Assembly (NCBI GenBank): GCA_963845245.1
Contig: CAWJRJ010000020.1
Coordinates: forward strand, 1-64,000
Source of the DNA: Nitrospirota bacterium
GTDB taxonomy: Bacteria > Nitrospirota > JACRHJ01
Reading direction: 5' to 3'
DNA length: 64,000 nucleotides
Of the stretch, positions 21,425-31,650 are shown in pieces. The translations under genes were made by a program, and so were the position numbers. The first letter of the stretch is position 1. The number at the start of each line of letters is the position of its first letter. The notes beneath the pieces are model-generated. The model did not search any database and was not told where the DNA came from. It saw nothing but the letters and a program-made list of their open reading frames with translations.

Positions 21425-23347
21425 ATGAAAATACTGGGAAATTCAATACTGGTCCTCATCTCCATCCTCGGCGCGTTCGCCCTCCTCGTCGTCGCGCAGG
21501 TAATCCATACCGGCGAGACGATAAACGCACTCTGGCTGATAGTCGCCGCCGCATGCTTCTACATAATCGCATACCGGTTCTACGGCTCGTTCGTCGCCGC
21601 GAAGGTGATGTCCCTGAGTAACGAGAACCGCACGCCTGTTGAGACTATGGCGGACGGGCGGGACTACCACGCCACGAACAGGTGGGTGCTGATGGGCCAC
21701 CACTTCGCCGCGATTGCAGGGGCAGGCCCGCTCATCGGCCCGGTGCTGGCCGCGCAGTTCGGATACCTGCCGGGCGCGCTGTGGCTGCTTATCGGCGCGG
21801 TGTTCGCGGGCGCGGTGCACGACTTCGTCATCCTCGTCGCATCCATGCGCCGGGGCGGGAAGTCTCTTGCTGCGATTGCCGGGGACGAGATAGGCCCCAT
21901 AACCGGCACTGCCGCCGGGATTGCCGTAATCTTCATTATCATAATCGCGCTGGCGGGGCTAGGGCTTGCGGTGGTGAACGCGCTTTCGCATTCGCCCTGG
22001 GGCACGTACACCATATTCATGACGATACCGATAGCCCTGTTCATGGGGATCTACATGCAGAAGCTGCGTCCGGGTAGGGTGGCCGAGGCCACCGTGATCG
22101 GCGTGACGCTCCTGATACTCGCGGTGGCGACCGGGCATTTCATACCCGGCTCGTCCGCAGCCGTACTGTTTGACCACTCCCGCGAATCGCTCGTCGTGAT
22201 GCTTGCCATATACGGCTTCTTCGCCTCGGTGCTGCCGGTGTGGCTCCTGCTTGCCCCGAGGGACTACCTCTCCACTTACATGAAGATCGGCACGGTGCTC
22301 ATCCTCGCGGTGGGCGTGATACTTCTTGCGCCCGAGATAAAGATGCCTGCGGTGACTCCCTTCGTGCACGGCGGCGGGCCGGTCATACCGGGCAAGGTCT
22401 TCCCGTTCCTGTTCATCACGATCGCCTGCGGGGCCATATCCGGCTTTCACTCTCTGATATCCTCCGGCACCACGCCCAAGATGATAATGCGCGAGTCGGA
22501 CGCGAAGATGATAGGATTCGGCGCGATGCTGGTCGAGGGCTTCGTGGGCATGGTCGCGCTTGTGGCGGCAACGATAATGATGCCCGGCGACTACCTTGTG
22601 ATAAACAGCAAGCTAACCCCCGATGCCCTGGCTGCTATCGGCTACCCCGTTTCGCGCATAGGAGAACTTTCCCAGATGGTGGGCGTGAATGTGGCGGGGA
22701 GGCCGGGCGGCGCGGTCTCGCTTGCGGTGGGTATGGCGTCCATATTCTCAAGCCTGCCGGGTATGCGCTCCCTGATGGCATATTGGTACAACTTCGCGCT
22801 GATGTTCGAGGCACTGTTCATCCTCACCACGATTGACGCGGGTACGCGGGTGGCGCGGTTCCTGATACAGGAGTTCGCGGGCAGGGCCTACAAGCCGATC
22901 GGAAGGTCTGACTGGATGCCGGGTACGGTCGCGGCGAGCATGCTGGTCGTGCTGGCCTGGGGCTGGTTGATATATAACGGGAGCGTCGCGACGGTCTGGC
23001 CGATGTTCGGGGTGGCAAACCAGCTTCTGGCTGGTATCGCGCTGTCGGTCGGGACCATCGTAATAATTAAGTCCGGCAAGGCGCGGTATGCCTGGATAAC
23101 CGCCGTCCCGATGGTATTCATAGCCGTTACTACCTTTACCGCCGCGCACCTGCTTTTCTATAGTTTTCTGGCTAAGGCGTTTTCGGAGCCTGAAATGGCC
23201 GTTACCTACCGTCTTGATGCCGCACTTGTGGGCCTGATGGCCTTCCTTTCCCTTATTGTAATCGCCGAATCCTGCCTTAAAGGGTTTGCATTCATTAAAA
23301 ACGCCGATGCCGCAGGACTCGAACAGGCTCCCGAAACCGAGAACTGA
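21425..23347 (+). CDS. cstA: Carbon starvation protein A (peptide/pyruvate transporter)
   Basis: GHHFAAIAGAGPLIGP, LLAPRDYLS, ACGAISGFH, LTTIDAGTR, WPMFGVANQLLA. Confidence 0.95.
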   Translation: MKILGNSILVLISILGAFALLVVAQVIHTGETINALWLIVAAACFYIIAYRFYGSFVAAKVMSLSNENRTPVETMADGRDYHATNRWVLMGHHFAAIAGAGPLIGPVLAAQFGYLPGALWLLIGAVFAGAVHDFVILVASMRRGGKSLAAIAGDEIGPITGTAAGIAVIFIIIIALAGLGLAVVNALSHSPWGTYTIFMTIPIALFMGIYMQKLRPGRVAEATVIGVTLLILAVATGHFIPGSSAAVLFDHSRESLVVMLAIYGFFASVLPVWLLLAPRDYLSTYMKIGTVLILAVGVILLAPEIKMPAVTPFVHGGGPVIPGKVFPFLFITIACGAISGFHSLISSGTTPKMIMRESDAKMIGFGAMLVEGFVGMVALVAATIMMPGDYLVINSKLTPDALAAIGYPVSRIGELSQMVGVNVAGRPGGAVSLAVGMASIFSSLPGMRSLMAYWYNFALMFEALFILTTIDAGTRVARFLIQEFAGRAYKPIGRSDWMPGTVAASMLVVLAWGWLIYNGSVATVWPMFGVANQLLAGIALSVGTIVIIKSGKARYAWITAVPMVFIAVTTFTAAHLLFYSFLAKAFSEPEMAVTYRLDAALVGLMAFLSLIVIAESCLKGFAFIKNADAAGLEQAPETEN

Positions 23348-23473
23348 TCTGTTTACCGGCCCTCCTTTACTAAACCCGTCATATTTGCTATAACTATAGG
23401 TATACATAGTAGTTAAATGTCTTTACCGGCTTTCCGGCCTGGACTGCATGAGTACTTTGAAAGGAGGGTTCTG

Positions 23474-23915
23474 ATGTACGGGACAGATGCTGTTACCAGT
23501 GGACGGAAGCGAGGTTTCCAACCATGCCGCCGAACAGGGGCTTTTGCTCGCGAAGGCCCTGGGTTCCAAGGTCATATTCCTTTACGTAATAGATATATCC
23601 ATAGTCACACTTCCAGACGCGGAGATGGGGATAAGCAACATCGATGCGATAAGGAAGAGCTTTACCGAACAGGGCAACAAGGTGATTGCCTCCTTCAGTG
23701 CCTCCGCGAAGGAGATGGGCGTCGGTTTTGAGACTTTTATAACCGAGGGTGACGTCCATGACGAGATTATAGATATGGCTGCGGACAAGGGCGCGGAACT
23801 GATAGTCATGGGTACGCACGGCAGGCGCGGCCTTAACCGCTTGCTTTTGGGCAGCGTTGCGGAGTCGGTGACAAAGAGGGCGCATTGCCCCGTTTTGTTA
23901 ATTCGCCCCGACTAG
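23474..23915 (+). CDS. Universal stress protein; probable +1 error in the first codons
   Basis: LLPVDGS, LIVMGTHGRRG..LLGSVAESV..HCPVLLI; GGAGG precedes ATG 23474, one base out of frame with the 23487 ORF. Confidence 0.9.
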
Positions 23916-23941
23916 TGTATAATTGGTCAGTGGAGGCATAA

Positions 23942-24370
23942 ATGGAACTTTGGTCACTAGGTGTCTTGATTATGGGGATTGCGGTACTTATAGCCGCGGT
24001 CGCAGCCGTACCGGCCCTGCTTCAGCTTAAGTCTACGCTGAAGTCCGCTGAGGTTTTCATTAACGGGTTGGATGTTACATTGAAGAGCCTTATCGAGGGT
24101 GAGATAAAGCCTTTGTTAAGGTCTGTGAACGACACCATGGATGAAGTCGAGGGGGTTGTCAAGGCAGCGAAAGAGGGTGTTGAAAAAGTTGACGACATGC
24201 TGGAGGCGGTCAGAGGGGTAACGAATACCGTCAAGTCGGTAAACGAGATCCTAAGCACAAGGATAAAGGGGACCCTTATCGATATAGTGGCGTATGCAGT
24301 CGGACTTAAGAGTGGCCTGGGCTTTCTTGTCGACCAGGTCAAGGTGTTCAAAAAGAAGGAGGTGGCGTGA
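23942..24370 (+). CDS. DUF948 (YtxG/YoxC-like) membrane-anchored helical protein
   Basis: N-terminal TM then heptad-like helix; adjacent to YtxH-like gene. Confidence 0.7.
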   Translation: MELWSLGVLIMGIAVLIAAVAAVPALLQLKSTLKSAEVFINGLDVTLKSLIEGEIKPLLRSVNDTMDEVEGVVKAAKEGVEKVDDMLEAVRGVTNTVKSVNEILSTRIKGTLIDIVAYAVGLKSGLGFLVDQVKVFKKKEVA

Positions 24371-24687
24371 TGTACGAAGAGAAGGAATACTCAAAAGGCA
24401 CAATGGTAGCAGCATTTTTGGTTGGTGGTCTTGTCGGTGCCGGTATAGCGCTTCTTACCGCTCCGCGCTCGGGTAAGGAAACCCGTGAGAAGATCAAGGA
24501 GCTGACCGAGGACGCCAAGGAAAAGATCCTGTCGGTCGCAGAGGATGCCAAACACCGTATCCAGGACACCGTAAAGCACGGTAAGGACGTTGTCCACGAG
24601 AAACGCTCTTTCATAGTTGGCGCGGTGGAAGCCGGTAAAAAGGCCATGGAAGAGGAAAAACAGAGGATGACTGGCTCCGGCAGCTGA
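24370..24687 (+). CDS. YtxH-domain protein
   Basis: FLVGGLVGAGIALLTAPRSGKETREKI. Confidence 0.9.
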   Translation: MYEEKEYSKGTMVAAFLVGGLVGAGIALLTAPRSGKETREKIKELTEDAKEKILSVAEDAKHRIQDTVKHGKDVVHEKRSFIVGAVEAGKKAMEEEKQRMTGSGS

Positions 24688-24712
24688 TGGTAAAAAATAA
24701 AGCATCGATAAT

Positions 24713-24739
24713 GGCCGCCTGTAAGGGCGGCCTTTTTTT
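24713..24739 (+). terminator. Intrinsic terminator
   Basis: ggccgcc-tgtaag-ggcggcc-T7. Confidence 0.85.
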
Positions 24740-24780
24740 GTTTGCCATGTCAGACTGACCGGATGTATGATAATAAGATA

Positions 24781-27220
24781 ATGAAGACTCCAGAAAAGAA
24801 TGACAGTACAAAGACATTGACCCTGCCGGTTGAGGGTATGACCTGCGCTTCTTGCGCGGCGGCGATCGAGCGCGGGCTCAAAATGATGCCGGGCGTAAAG
24901 GATGCCGGGGTGAACTTTGCCATTGGAAAGGTTAAGGTAGATTACGACTCCCAGGAATCAAAACCTGCCGAGTTCATCGACAAGATCAACGGTTTGGGTT
25001 ACAAGGCGGTACTTTCAGTCTGGGATGCCAAGGTCGGTGGGATGACCTGCGGGGCATGTTCCGCGGCGGTTGAGCGGGGTCTGAAGAAAGTCCCCGGTGT
25101 GATAACCGCTAGCGTGAACTTCGCCATGGAGACCGCTCATGCCGAATACATACCCGGGCTGGTTACGGCGGAAGACCTGAACGCCGCAGTGGTGAAGGCC
25201 GGTTACAAGGTACTCGAACAGGCCGAGGCCACACCGGAGAAGGAAGAGGCGGTAAAGGACGAAGAGCTTGGCCGCATAAAGCTCAGGCTGATTGTCAGCG
25301 TCGTCCTGGGCGCATTGATAATGTTCTCCTCGCTCCACGGCATTATCGAACTCCCTGTCCCCCATGATATCATGAACTATATCCTTCTTGCCTTGGCAAC
25401 ACCGGTACAGTTCTGGGCGGGCTGGAGGTTCTACCGGGGCGCGTACGCAAGCCTCATCCCACGGTAGTGCGAATATGGACGTCCTCGTCGCTACAGGCAC
25501 GTCTGCCGCATATTTCTACAGCCTTGCCATTACATTATTCCCGTCGTACTTCTCACAGTTCGGCATGGATGTCTATTACGACACCTCCTCGATGATAATC
25601 GCGCTTATCCTGCTGGGCAAGTACCTCGAGGCCCGCTCGAAGGGCCGGGCTTCGGACGCGATCAAAAGGCTGGTGCGGCTTAAACCTCGGACGGCCCGGG
25701 TTGTGCGGGACGGCGCAGAGGTTGAGATAGCCGTGGACGACGTGGCGGTAGGTGACGTGATAGTCGTCAGGCCGGGTGAGAAGATACCGGTCGACGGGAC
25801 GGTCATTTCCGGCTCGTCCAGCGTGGACGAATCGATGATAACCGGTGAAAGCCTGCCGGTTGATAAAAAAGAGGGCGACTCCGTTGTCGGGGCTACAATC
25901 AACCTCAACGGCAGTTTCAGGTTCACCGCCACCAAGGTCGGTACTGAAACGATGCTCGCCGGAATAATAAGGCTGGTTGAGGATGCGCAGGGCAAAAAGG
26001 CGCCCATCCAGAGGCTTGCGGACAAGGTTGCTGGCATCTTCGTCCCTGTCGTTATAGGCATAGGGGTGTTGACCTTCTCAGTCTGGTATTTCTCCGGGGC
26101 GGGTTTCACGTTCTCGATGCTCAATTTCATTGCGGTCCTTATAATCGCCTGCCCGTGCGCGCTTGGGCTTGCCACACCCACTGCCATCATGGTTGGAACA
26201 GGCAGGGGGGCGGAGAAGGGTATCATAATCCGGGGCGGGGATATCCTTGAGAGAAGCGCAAAGATCGACACCATACTATTAGATAAAACCGGCACGATAA
26301 CCGAAGGCAGGCCGAAGGTAACGGATGTCATCGATCTATCGGGAAAGGGTGAAGCGTATCTGCTTGGGGTCACGGCGGCGGTCGAGACACTGTCCGAGCA
26401 CCCGCTTGCAAGGGCTGTGGTTGAGAAGGCCGTCGGGGCAGGGGAACACGGGCATGGTAAAGAGGTGTCCGGTTTCATGGCCCTTCCAGGCTTTGGCGCA
26501 AGCGCGTCTGTGGACGGAAACGATGTCGTCATCGGTAACGAACAGCTTCTGAAGAACAACGGCATCGAGCTAGGTGCCGCACAGGAGAAGGCCACCGCCC
26601 TTTCCGCGCAGGGTAAGACAGCAATATTCATAGCAGAGGCAGGCAAAGCCATCGGGGTGATCGCGGTTGCCGATACCATAAAGCCCGGCTCCCGTCAGGC
26701 CGTGTCGGAGTTTAAGGCGATGGGCCTGGAGGTCGTTATGCTCACCGGCGATACCGAGGCAGTGGCAAGGGCCATAGCGGGTGAGGCCGGTATAGATAAG
26801 TTTGTCGCCGGTGTCTTGCCGGAAGGCAAGGAGAACGAGGTCGTAAAACTCCAGAAGGCCGGACGGGTGGTCGCTATGGTGGGCGACGGCATTAACGACG
26901 CCCCCGCGCTTGCCCGTGCGGACATCGGCATCGCGATAGGCACGGGCACCGATGTGGCGATAGAGGCCTCGGACATGACGCTGGTGCGTTCCGACCTGAT
27001 GGACGCGGCGCGGGCAATAAATATCAGCCGCCAGACGCTCCGTGTGATAAAGCAGAACCTGTTCTGGGCATTCGTCTATAACATTATAGGGATCCCGCTG
27101 GCGGCGGGCGCGTTTTACCCAATGTTCGGGATACTGCTCAAGCCCATATTTGCCGCCGGGGCTATGGCGTTCTCCTCTGTCTCGGTGGTCACGAACTCGC
27201 TCAGGCTCAGACGTCTGTAA
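24781..27220 (+). CDS. copA: Cu(I)-exporting P1B-1 ATPase; +1 frameshift near 25455
   Basis: Two HMA domains (GMTCASC, GMTCGAC), TGES, CPC, DKTGT, SEHP, GDGIND, YN, MAFSS. Confidence 0.93.
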
Positions 27221-27296
27221 CCCCTTTTTTGTTGAATTCCCGCCTCGGTTATATTAAAATCCAGTCAGTTATTAAATTCAGCCCAAGGAGAGCTAT

Positions 27297-27563
27297 ATGA
27301 AAGACATTCTCAGGCTTTCTTTTTTCATCGCGATCGCCACGCTTCTGCTTAATTCCGGATGGGTCTCCTATTCCGCCGAGAAGAAGGAATGCGGTGGCAA
27401 GGCGGTCACCATCGACGAGGCCACCTTCCTCAAGGCGCATGGCATAGCCGAGGAAAACTACTCCATATGGTTGAAGGAGCACTCCGTCTGGCGCAGGAAA
27501 TATTCGGAAGAGCTTAAGAACTACTCCTTCATACCCAAGCAGAACGATACCGGAGGAAAATAA
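27297..27563 (+). CDS. Small exported hypothetical protein
   Basis: AAGGAG SD, signal-peptide-like N-terminus, first gene upstream of ccsA. Confidence 0.65.
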   Translation: MKDILRLSFFIAIATLLLNSGWVSYSAEKKECGGKAVTIDEATFLKAHGIAEENYSIWLKEHSVWRRKYSEELKNYSFIPKQNDTGGK

Positions 27564-27566
27564 GTA

Positions 27567-28346
27567 TTGGCTGATACCGAGAGCATTTTTCTGGTCGCCG
27601 CCCTTTGGCTGTCCGTCGGGGCTGGTGTTGCATTCCTGGCCTGTCTGCCCATTAAAAAGAAACCCCTCCTGATCGCCGCAGAGGCGCTTACACTTTTATA
27701 CGTCATTGCCCTGACCATATCGCTCACTGCAAGGTCGCTCAAGTCCGGCCATGCGCCGATGAGCAACCGCTATGAGTCGCTTGCAAGCTTTGCGTGGTCG
27801 CTCGGGTTCGCCTACTGGTATGTCCGCATCCGTTACAAGGAGAGCCGGGTAGGCTACTTCCTGATGCCGTTCACTGCCCTCGTCATGTTCATGGTCACCA
27901 AGGCCCCGAGCGAGATAACCCCGCTCTACCCGTCGCTCGACACCTGGATGTTCTCGACGCACGTCGGCTCGGCGTTTGTGGGATACGGCTTCTTCGGCGC
28001 GTCGTTCGCGGGCGCGGTGCTCTATCTCGTGGACAAAGAGGAATCGAACCGCAGGCTTGAGGCGCTCCTGTTCAGGACGGCCTATTACGGCTTCACGCTG
28101 TTCACCATCTCGATGGTCATCGGCGGCATCTGGGCATACCTCGCCTGGGGCACGTACTGGCTCTGGAAGGTGAAGGAGCTCTGGTCGTTCCTGATATGGA
28201 TCTACTATGCCGGGTTCCTGCATGCGTTTTATGTGAAGAAGCTCAGGGGCAGGGGAGTGGCCTGGCTTTCCATCCTCGGTTTCGCGATTACCATGTTCAC
28301 ATACCTGGGCGTGGGCATATTAATGAAGAGCACGCACCAGCTATAA
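27567..28346 (+). CDS. ccsA: Cytochrome c biogenesis system II CcsA/ResC, variant WWD loop
   Basis: GHAPMSNRYES, PSLDTWMFSTHV, GGIWAYLAWGTYWLWKVKELWS, GFLH, terminal H. Confidence 0.88.
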   Translation: MADTESIFLVAALWLSVGAGVAFLACLPIKKKPLLIAAEALTLLYVIALTISLTARSLKSGHAPMSNRYESLASFAWSLGFAYWYVRIRYKESRVGYFLMPFTALVMFMVTKAPSEITPLYPSLDTWMFSTHVGSAFVGYGFFGASFAGAVLYLVDKEESNRRLEALLFRTAYYGFTLFTISMVIGGIWAYLAWGTYWLWKVKELWSFLIWIYYAGFLHAFYVKKLRGRGVAWLSILGFAITMFTYLGVGILMKSTHQL

Positions 28347-28351
28347 GTCAG

Positions 28352-28391
28352 CCCTCACCCCCGGCCCCTCTCCCGCAGGTGGCGAGGGGAG
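28352..28391. repeat. CCCTCACCCC..CCTCTCCC-N-GGCGAGGGG palindromic repeat
   Basis: ccctcacccccggcccctctcccgcaggtggcgaggggag between ccsA and ccsB. Confidence 0.6.
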
Positions 28392-28396
28392 ATATA

Positions 28397-29684
28397 ATGT
28401 TGGAAAAAGGGATTATGAGAAAAATCTGGGAATTCCTCAACTCGCTCAAGCTCACCGTCTACCTGGTGCTGGCAATCACGGCCGTTACCATCTACGGCTC
28501 GCTCGTGCTTTATATCCACCCCGATATCTACGGGGAGATGGACAACAACCTTTTCTTCCACTGGCTTCTTGGCCCCGGCCTGAAGAACTTCGGGAGCGCA
28601 TGGTGGCTGTTCCTTCTCGTTGGCTTGACCGCCTTATTCGGTATCAACACCCTCGTCTGCACGATAGACAGGCTCCCGAAGCTTTTCGAACGGTACAAGA
28701 ACCCGCTGATGAACCTGCGCGACATCGAGGTCGGCGGCGAAAAAGGCGTCGAGGTTTCGGGCGGCAAGGCCGCCCTTGAGACAGCGTTGGGCCGTAACGG
28801 TTATGCCGTCTTCACTGACGGGCCGAAGCTCTATGCCGAGAAGAACCGGTGGCTGCCGTTCATCCCTTACGTCGTCCATCTGGGCGTCATGCTGTTCCTC
28901 ATAGGGCACCTCATCAGCGGGACAACCGGGTACAGGCATCCGGGCTTGTTTATCTATGAGGGCGATACTGCACAGTCCCCGGAAGGCGGTTACCAGCTCC
29001 GGCTCGATAAGGTGATTGTGGACCAGTGGCCCGACGGCAACCTCAAGGACTACGGCAGCCTCCTGACCGCCATAAAGGACGGCCAGGTTATAAAGACGGG
29101 GAAGACCACGGCGAACACGCCGATGTTCGTGGAGGGCAGCGCGGTCTATCAGCGCGCATACGGGCAGGATTTCCGGGGGTTCATAGCCCACCTCATAATA
29201 AAGTCCACCGGCTTCAATAGCAAGGTCCTGATACCCAAGGGCGCAGACTACGTCGACCTTCCCGGCAGTCCTTATCGCATCAGCGTGGACCGCTTCATCC
29301 CGGACTTCGCCCTCGACGAACGCGGTGAGCCCTATTCGCGTTCAGAGGAAATGGTCAACCCCACCATCATGATCACGCTCTACAAGGACAAGAAGCCAAA
29401 GAGCGAAGGCTGGCTGTTCCTGCGCGAGCCCCAGCGTGACAACTTCAAAGACGACGACGTCAGCATAGGCCTGGTGGACGCGGACATCAGGGCGTACAGC
29501 TCGTATCGACGTCAACCGCGACCCGAGCGCCATCCTCGCGCTTATTGCGGCCGCACTCGTTATGTTCGGGACGTTCATCACGCTTTATTTCCGCAGGGAA
29601 AGGGTGTGGGCGACGCTCGACGAAACCGGCGGCAGGGCGCAGGTTGTCTGCACGGACGAGGAGATGTACGAGAAGCTGAAGTAA
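28397..29684 (+). CDS. ccsB: Cytochrome c biogenesis system II CcsB/ResB; +1 frameshift near 29505
   Basis: FLNSLKLTVYL, NTLVCTIDR, YVVHLG, NTP..YQ; C-terminal VNRDP plus TM in the second frame. Confidence 0.85.
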
Positions 29685-29717
29685 AAAAATATAACCCACC
29701 TCAAAAGGATAAATGAC

Positions 29718-30839
29718 ATGCATCGTCGTGTTTCATTATTAGTTATTGTTTTACTGTGCTTCTTTTATAGTTCTGCTTATGCAAATACGGGCGTTTTTTT
29801 TGGAGCCGGGAGTCAGGTAATCCCAATAAAGAACAAAAATATTCAACTTGTTAGAGAGAATGTTTCGATTAAGTTACGGATTGATAATGAACAAGGGAAA
29901 TGGGGAATTCCGTTTTTCCCGAGAGCTGATGTTGAAGCTGTTTTTGAACTAAAAAATACATCCGACCAGAATGTTAACCTTCAAGTCGGTTTCCCATTCC
30001 TAGATTTACAGGGTTTTGGAGACGAAAAACTTGTTCTTTCAAAACTTGACTTCCGTGTAAATGACTCAGAGGCTGAACGCGACGTTACCCTGAAAGAAGG
30101 TGTAATAGAACCCAAACTTGATCCTGATGGCCTTTTTAGAAAGGTATTTACATGGGATGAACAATTCCAGCCTAATCAGACAAAAACAATAACGGTGCGT
30201 TACCGTTTGCTTATGGGTGTAGCATCCGCAAACTCATTAATGCGTGACTTTGATGCAAATGGTAGAAAGTATATTGAACTTGACAAACTCTTTCCAGCAA
30301 TTAGTTATAGTTTTGGCTATATAACTAAAACAGCCTATACATGGAAAGAGCCTGTGGAGAAGGCTGTTTTTACTTTGGATTGTACTGATTTTTTTCGTGA
30401 GCTGGAAAAAACTGACTTACTCTCAAGCTTCGGTGAAGACTACACTCGTGGGTTGACGCGCCCAGTTATGCTCTTCGATATGGGTCCATCTTACCAAGCA
30501 AGAGATAGTTATATATTTCGATGGGAATTTAGTGGCAAGGTTCCAGAAGACGGTATAAATGCTAGTTTTATTGTGCTGTTCATTCCAGCGCTTGCAGGAG
30601 AACTGCCAAGCTTTTTGGCAGAGCGGACAAAGCCGACCAAGGATAATGTTAGTAAAAAGGAATATCAATCCGTCCTTATGGGTTATTATACTCGTATCCT
30701 CAAGAATAAACCTAAAGGCGAAAGCCCATTTGTAAAAAAATATTTCGAGCCGGTTGGTTTGACAAAAAGTGAGTTATTCTTCGATAGTGATAGAGAATCC
30801 ATTTCTGCTATTATTGAGAAACTGAAGGCTATTAAATAG
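29718..30839 (+). CDS. AT-rich secreted protein, DUF4424-like
   Basis: Signal peptide, then ANTGVFFGAG..I..E.V.I..VFELKNTSD..QVGFP pattern. Confidence 0.6.
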   Translation: MHRRVSLLVIVLLCFFYSSAYANTGVFFGAGSQVIPIKNKNIQLVRENVSIKLRIDNEQGKWGIPFFPRADVEAVFELKNTSDQNVNLQVGFPFLDLQGFGDEKLVLSKLDFRVNDSEAERDVTLKEGVIEPKLDPDGLFRKVFTWDEQFQPNQTKTITVRYRLLMGVASANSLMRDFDANGRKYIELDKLFPAISYSFGYITKTAYTWKEPVEKAVFTLDCTDFFRELEKTDLLSSFGEDYTRGLTRPVMLFDMGPSYQARDSYIFRWEFSGKVPEDGINASFIVLFIPALAGELPSFLAERTKPTKDNVSKKEYQSVLMGYYTRILKNKPKGESPFVKKYFEPVGLTKSELFFDSDRESISAIIEKLKAIK

Positions 30840-30870
30840 TAATTAAGAGTATGTGAAACAGCCAGCAGCT

Positions 30871-31554
30871 TCAGCTCTCAATCACTTCAATTTCCTTAAT
30901 CACAATGTCGGCACATTCTTTCGGTTTTGCCTGCAAAATAAAATGAGGGCCAGCGACCTGATGGATGCTGATTCCATTTGAAACCCTCTTAAAGTCCTCG
31001 ATACTTTCTTTCGCTACCAGCCTGTCGCCAATCGCTTGAATATATGAACAATCTATTGGAGTCTTATCGTAACTTGGTTTTAGTTTTAAAATTTCATTCA
31101 ACCGGCTGTGAATTACATTTGGCGGAACAGACTTCAATGTTTTTCTGAACAATGAAATTAATCCGTCGTCGGCTCCTGAGCCCAGCAACATGGCCTTAAT
31201 TAAGAAGTCCGGCAATAGTTGAGTCAACCGTGCAATGGGTAGATAGTTTATGGCCTTTATAAGGGAAGGATGCGGCGTCCTTAGAAACGTGGCGACAAAT
31301 ATTACCTTCTTGAAATTAAGAGGTGGATTTTGCGCCAACAGATAAGCGATTGGTCCAGAGAATGATTCCGCGAGTACTACGAAATCCTTGTCCCTAGGCA
31401 GTTGTTCTTTTACATACTCTGTTAATTGAGTATATGTCAGTGAGGAAAGAGGATAAGAGATAGGTCGGGTTTTTAAATCTTTGGGCAAGTATTTAATTAA
31501 TGGACCGAAAAGTAGGCCGGTTCCGTCCAGGCCAGGCAACAGTATCAGTTCCAT
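30871..31554 (-). CDS. AT-rich alpha/beta hydrolase
   Basis: LLPGLDGTG, AESFSG, DRLV, GPHFILQ. Confidence 0.82.
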   Translation of the reverse strand: MELILLPGLDGTGLLFGPLIKYLPKDLKTRPISYPLSSLTYTQLTEYVKEQLPRDKDFVVLAESFSGPIAYLLAQNPPLNFKKVIFVATFLRTPHPSLIKAINYLPIARLTQLLPDFLIKAMLLGSGADDGLISLFRKTLKSVPPNVIHSRLNEILKLKPSYDKTPIDCSYIQAIGDRLVAKESIEDFKRVSNGISIHQVAGPHFILQAKPKECADIVIKEIEVIES

Positions 31555-31596
31555 GTCATAGCGGCTTCCGGAATTAATAACTCCTATTTGGCTTCA

Positions 31597-31646
31597 TAAC
31601 TCCCTCATCCCCCTCTTAGCTTAAGAGGGGGACAGAGGGGGCGTTA
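31597..31646. repeat. Long palindromic intergenic repeat / possible terminator after pmbA
   Basis: taactccctcat-ccccctctta-gct-taagaggggg-acagagggggcgtta. Confidence 0.6.
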
Positions 31647-31650
31647 CTAT

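Noticed and set aside
23474..24687. usp-DUF948-YtxH as a new stress system
   Set aside because: The DUF948-YtxH pairing is already known from the Bacillus ytxGH genes
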